Assembly: GCA_964252035.1 (NCBI GenBank)
Contig: OZ176209.1
DNA length: 64,000 bases
Direction: 5' to 3' (one strand)
Source: Podarcis erhardii
Taxonomy: Eukaryota
The translations under genes were made by a program, and so were the position numbers. The notes below the pieces were generated by a model that worked only from the letters and a program-made list of their open reading frames with translations, did not search any database and was not told where the DNA came from. This document shows positions 61,091 to 64,000 of the stretch, piece after piece (the first letter of the stretch is position 1; each line of letters starts with the position of its first letter).

Positions 61091-61506
61091 GACCTACATT
61101 GGCTCCCAGTACGTTTCTGAGCACAATTCAAAGTGTTGGTGTTGACCTTTAAAGCCCTAAATGTCCTCGGCTCAATATACCTGAAGGAGCGTCTCCACCC
61201 CCCAACGTTCAGCCCGGACACTGAGCTACAGCTCCGAGGGCCTTCTGGTGGTTCCCTCACTGTGAGAAGTGAGGTTATAGGGAACCATGCAGAGGGCCTT
61301 CTTGGTAGTGGCACCCTGCCATCAGATGCCAAGGAAATAAACAACTATCTGAATTTTAGAAGACACCTGAAGGCAGCCCTGTTTAGGGAATTGTTTAATG
61401 TTCGAAGTTTTATTCTGTTTTTAGTCCTCTGTTGGGAGCCGTCCAGAGTGGCTGGGGAAACCCAGCCAGATGGGCGGGGTATAAATAATAAAATTATTAT
61501 TACTAT
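61091..61506 (+). mobile_element. L2 LINE 3' portion
   Basis: LHWLPVRF / VLVLTFKALN remnant, the same family as 50140-50722, ending ataaataataaaattattatt. Confidence 0.85.
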
Positions 61507-61859
61507 TAATGTGATCTTACTCTAAGTAAAAAATGTAAAGGAAATAGTTTATTTATTGTTTTGATTGTTCTAACCAGTCTGCAAGTACACTTAGGTCTCA
61601 TCTACACTTCCAGCTGTCCTGTGCCTAGAAAGTACGGGACCAAGCAGTTTTGCGATGCCTAAAATTTTCCATTTTCTCCACCCCTTTCCCCAGGAAAACC
61701 TGCTCTTTAGCACTGAACTGGAACAAACGTCAGTCCCAGAAAACCAAATTGATGTTTGCTCCGATTCAGTGGTAAATATCAGATTTTCCCAGAGGAAAGC
61801 AGTGGAACAAGCACAAGTCTGGACAAGCCCTTACACTCTATTTCTTTCTTACACAGTAT

Positions 61860-62114
61860 GAGAGCCAATGTGGTGTAGTGGTTAAGAGCGGTAGTCTCGT
61901 AATCTGGGGAACCGGGTTCGCGTGTCCGCTCCTCCACATGCAGCTGCTGGGTGACCTTGGGCTAGTGACACTTCTTTGAAGTCTCTCAGCCCCACTCACC
62001 TCACAGAGTGTTTGTTGTGGGGGAAGAAGGGGAAAAGGAGAATGTTAGCCGCTTTGAGACTCCTTAAAGGGAGTGAAAGGCGGGATATCAAATCCAAACT
62101 CTTCTTCTTCTTCT
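61860..62114 (+). mobile_element. Squam3-type tRNA-derived SINE, near full length
   Basis: gagccaatgtggtgtagtggttaagagcggtag...gggtgaccttgggctag...gccgctttgagactcc...(ctt)n tail. Confidence 0.88.
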
Positions 62115-64000
62115 ATTTCTTTCTACAGCCAATTTCTGCTAAAAACCTGATTTTTTTTTTCCTACACCAAAGCAGCACTGAGAATGTATGGGGGACCTCA
62201 CTCCCAACAAATCAAGGTTTGCAGCTATAGTCGAAGTTAATGCACAAAATGTAACATGACGTTGTTAAGAAGAGGTGCAACAACAGTGGTGGTGCTATGT
62301 TTTTATTCTTTTGGAGAGAAGGAAATTTGACTAGCGATTACTAGGTAAGCCAGATGTCCACATGGAAAGTTAGGATGCATTCTTAAGATGGGCTATTTCT
62401 CTCTTTCAGTTCTTCAGTTCGTACTATCCTTCCCCAACAACTTATCTCTACTATGGACAATCTTGTTTGACTTGTCTTCATTCTGCCTACACATCAGCAA
62501 AGTGCTGGCTAACTGCTGTGCTACTAAAGCAGAACTATTACTAAAATGGTTAGATACTTTCCATCATTTGAATTAGGATTTTAGTTTTGCCTTGTTTTAT
62601 CCAATCTTCTCAAGTGGGAGGGGGGTGGAACAATGTGCCATATATACTAGGATTTTGTCTTTAAAGGAAAATCCTGAACTCCTCAAACCATGGTAGAAGC
62701 ACTTTGCAGTATAATTCCAGTAGTAAACTAACAATAAAGCAACAGTGCAAGTCTTCACAAAGTTTTGATGCTGCCTATAATGATGTAAGTGGAATCTTGG
62801 CAGTTGGGCATCACTCAAGTTAATCCAATCAGTTATTATTCTTCCCTTACCTTTGACTTCTTAGTTAACAGAACTGTAAGTGAAGGTATCTATGAATATT
62901 TGAAATATTGCAGTTATAGTATCAGCAGTACAGACTGGAAAGGAGAAGCTGTCCAAATAAGTGCATCCGAGTCATTTCTGCTTCAGCTACACCAGGTTGC
63001 CCCTACCCCCTGAAATACTAGTGGCACATAAATATACAGGTTTGCATCAGGTTTCTGCTCAGAAATCAAATTTGGTGATCACAAAATCAACGTCTCTTAA
63101 AAGGAATAAATGTGGGGGAAATGCAGAAATGTACTCTTATTTGCTCTGTGCACAGTTGATAATGTTGCAGTTTGTTCTGTTTTTCTGATTGGAATTTTGT
63201 GTTCAATCTGTTGCCTGACAAACAAAAGTTGCAATCAACTCTGTCCCACCTCAAGAAATGCATGACCTAATTCAATGGCCACGAGGCTCTAGCATTCAGT
63301 TACTGCACATGTGAAGTCTTTTCACCACCTTTCACATGTCAGGATGGAAAATGGCAATTCAATAACCTTCTCTTCTCATCAGTATCTCCAGCGCTCACGT
63401 ATGCTTAAAGGTAGCTCCTTTAAACTAATTCACTGGCCATGAGTCATACTTTAAAAATGAGTCTTACTTTAAAATGTTTGGAAAGTGTTATGCTTTTAGG
63501 GGGGAAGTTGTGCTGCTCTGCAGTTGCTGTAATTCACCAACAGTCATTGGAATAGAAGGCGAATCAGAGCAAATACAAATAAATAAAGCTGTGGGTTTGA
63601 AACAAACTCCCTCCCTCAAAAGAGCCCCAACCTATTAACTATTCAGTCCCAATTCAGGCCTTCTACCTTAACGAAATTGGGCCCCAGGCATTTTGAAGTC
63701 TTGAATGGTTCCAGATACTAACCCACAGGTCTATAAATATGGAAGTGTCTTCAGCATCAAAGGTACATGAGCTAGTTTTGGAATAGCCTGGCTTGAGAAG
63801 CTGCCCTGCCCTTGATGGATGCCATCTCTCTGAACCAACCTTCTGTTTCCAGCGCGCTCAGTTTCCCCCTACCTGCATCATACACAAGGTTTATCTACCA
63901 ACTCATAATCATCACCATGAAGCACAACCAACTGTTGTATATTTGTTTCTGTTCATTTTGCTAAAAAAACCTCTAGGGAATTAAAAGTCTTAACATACGG

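Noticed and set aside
61860-61935. tRNA-like A/B boxes (also at 31664 and 52153)
   Set aside because: These are SINE heads that continue into SINE bodies, with no full cloverleaf.
56408-64000. Search for a first coding exon (MEKKKMVTQ or MAEG type)
   Set aside because: No match was found by eye; it is presumably beyond the window.

Overview
Vertebrate genomic DNA, most likely from a lacertid lizard (Squam1/Sauria, Squam2 and Squam3 SINEs, lizard-type CR1/L2 tails and CAGTGGTACC MITEs). The window is almost entirely the body of RBFOX2 (RNA-binding Fox-1 homolog 2) on the minus strand. Seven constitutive-type coding exons (225, 147/144, 54, 61, 54, 93 and 133 nt) and the muscle-type M43 exon can be read base by base with GT-AG boundaries and compatible phases. 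The first coding exon and the terminal exons lie outside the window. The 93-nt RRM exon and the B40 exon are not in the readable sequence, but N-gaps sit where they are expected (19580-19751 and 6011-6185). The most interesting signals are unannotated-looking splice cassettes: (i) a 55-nt stop-free exon between the B40 position and M43 with the same length class (3n+1), so it could be a third mutually exclusive alternative; (ii) 41-nt and 67-nt poison-exon candidates flanking the RRM exon; (iii) a frame-shifting 5/8-nt microexon or recursive splice site in the long upstream intron; (iv) an exon cut by the window start. The introns also show three MITE-in-MITE insertions, each within about 30 bp of the host terminus, an orphan L1-like CpG-rich 5' UTR antisense to the gene, a decayed DD34E Tc1 element whose N-terminus is replaced by a SINE tail, and a DIRS fragment. 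All assignments were made by eye and from memory of these families. No searches were run.
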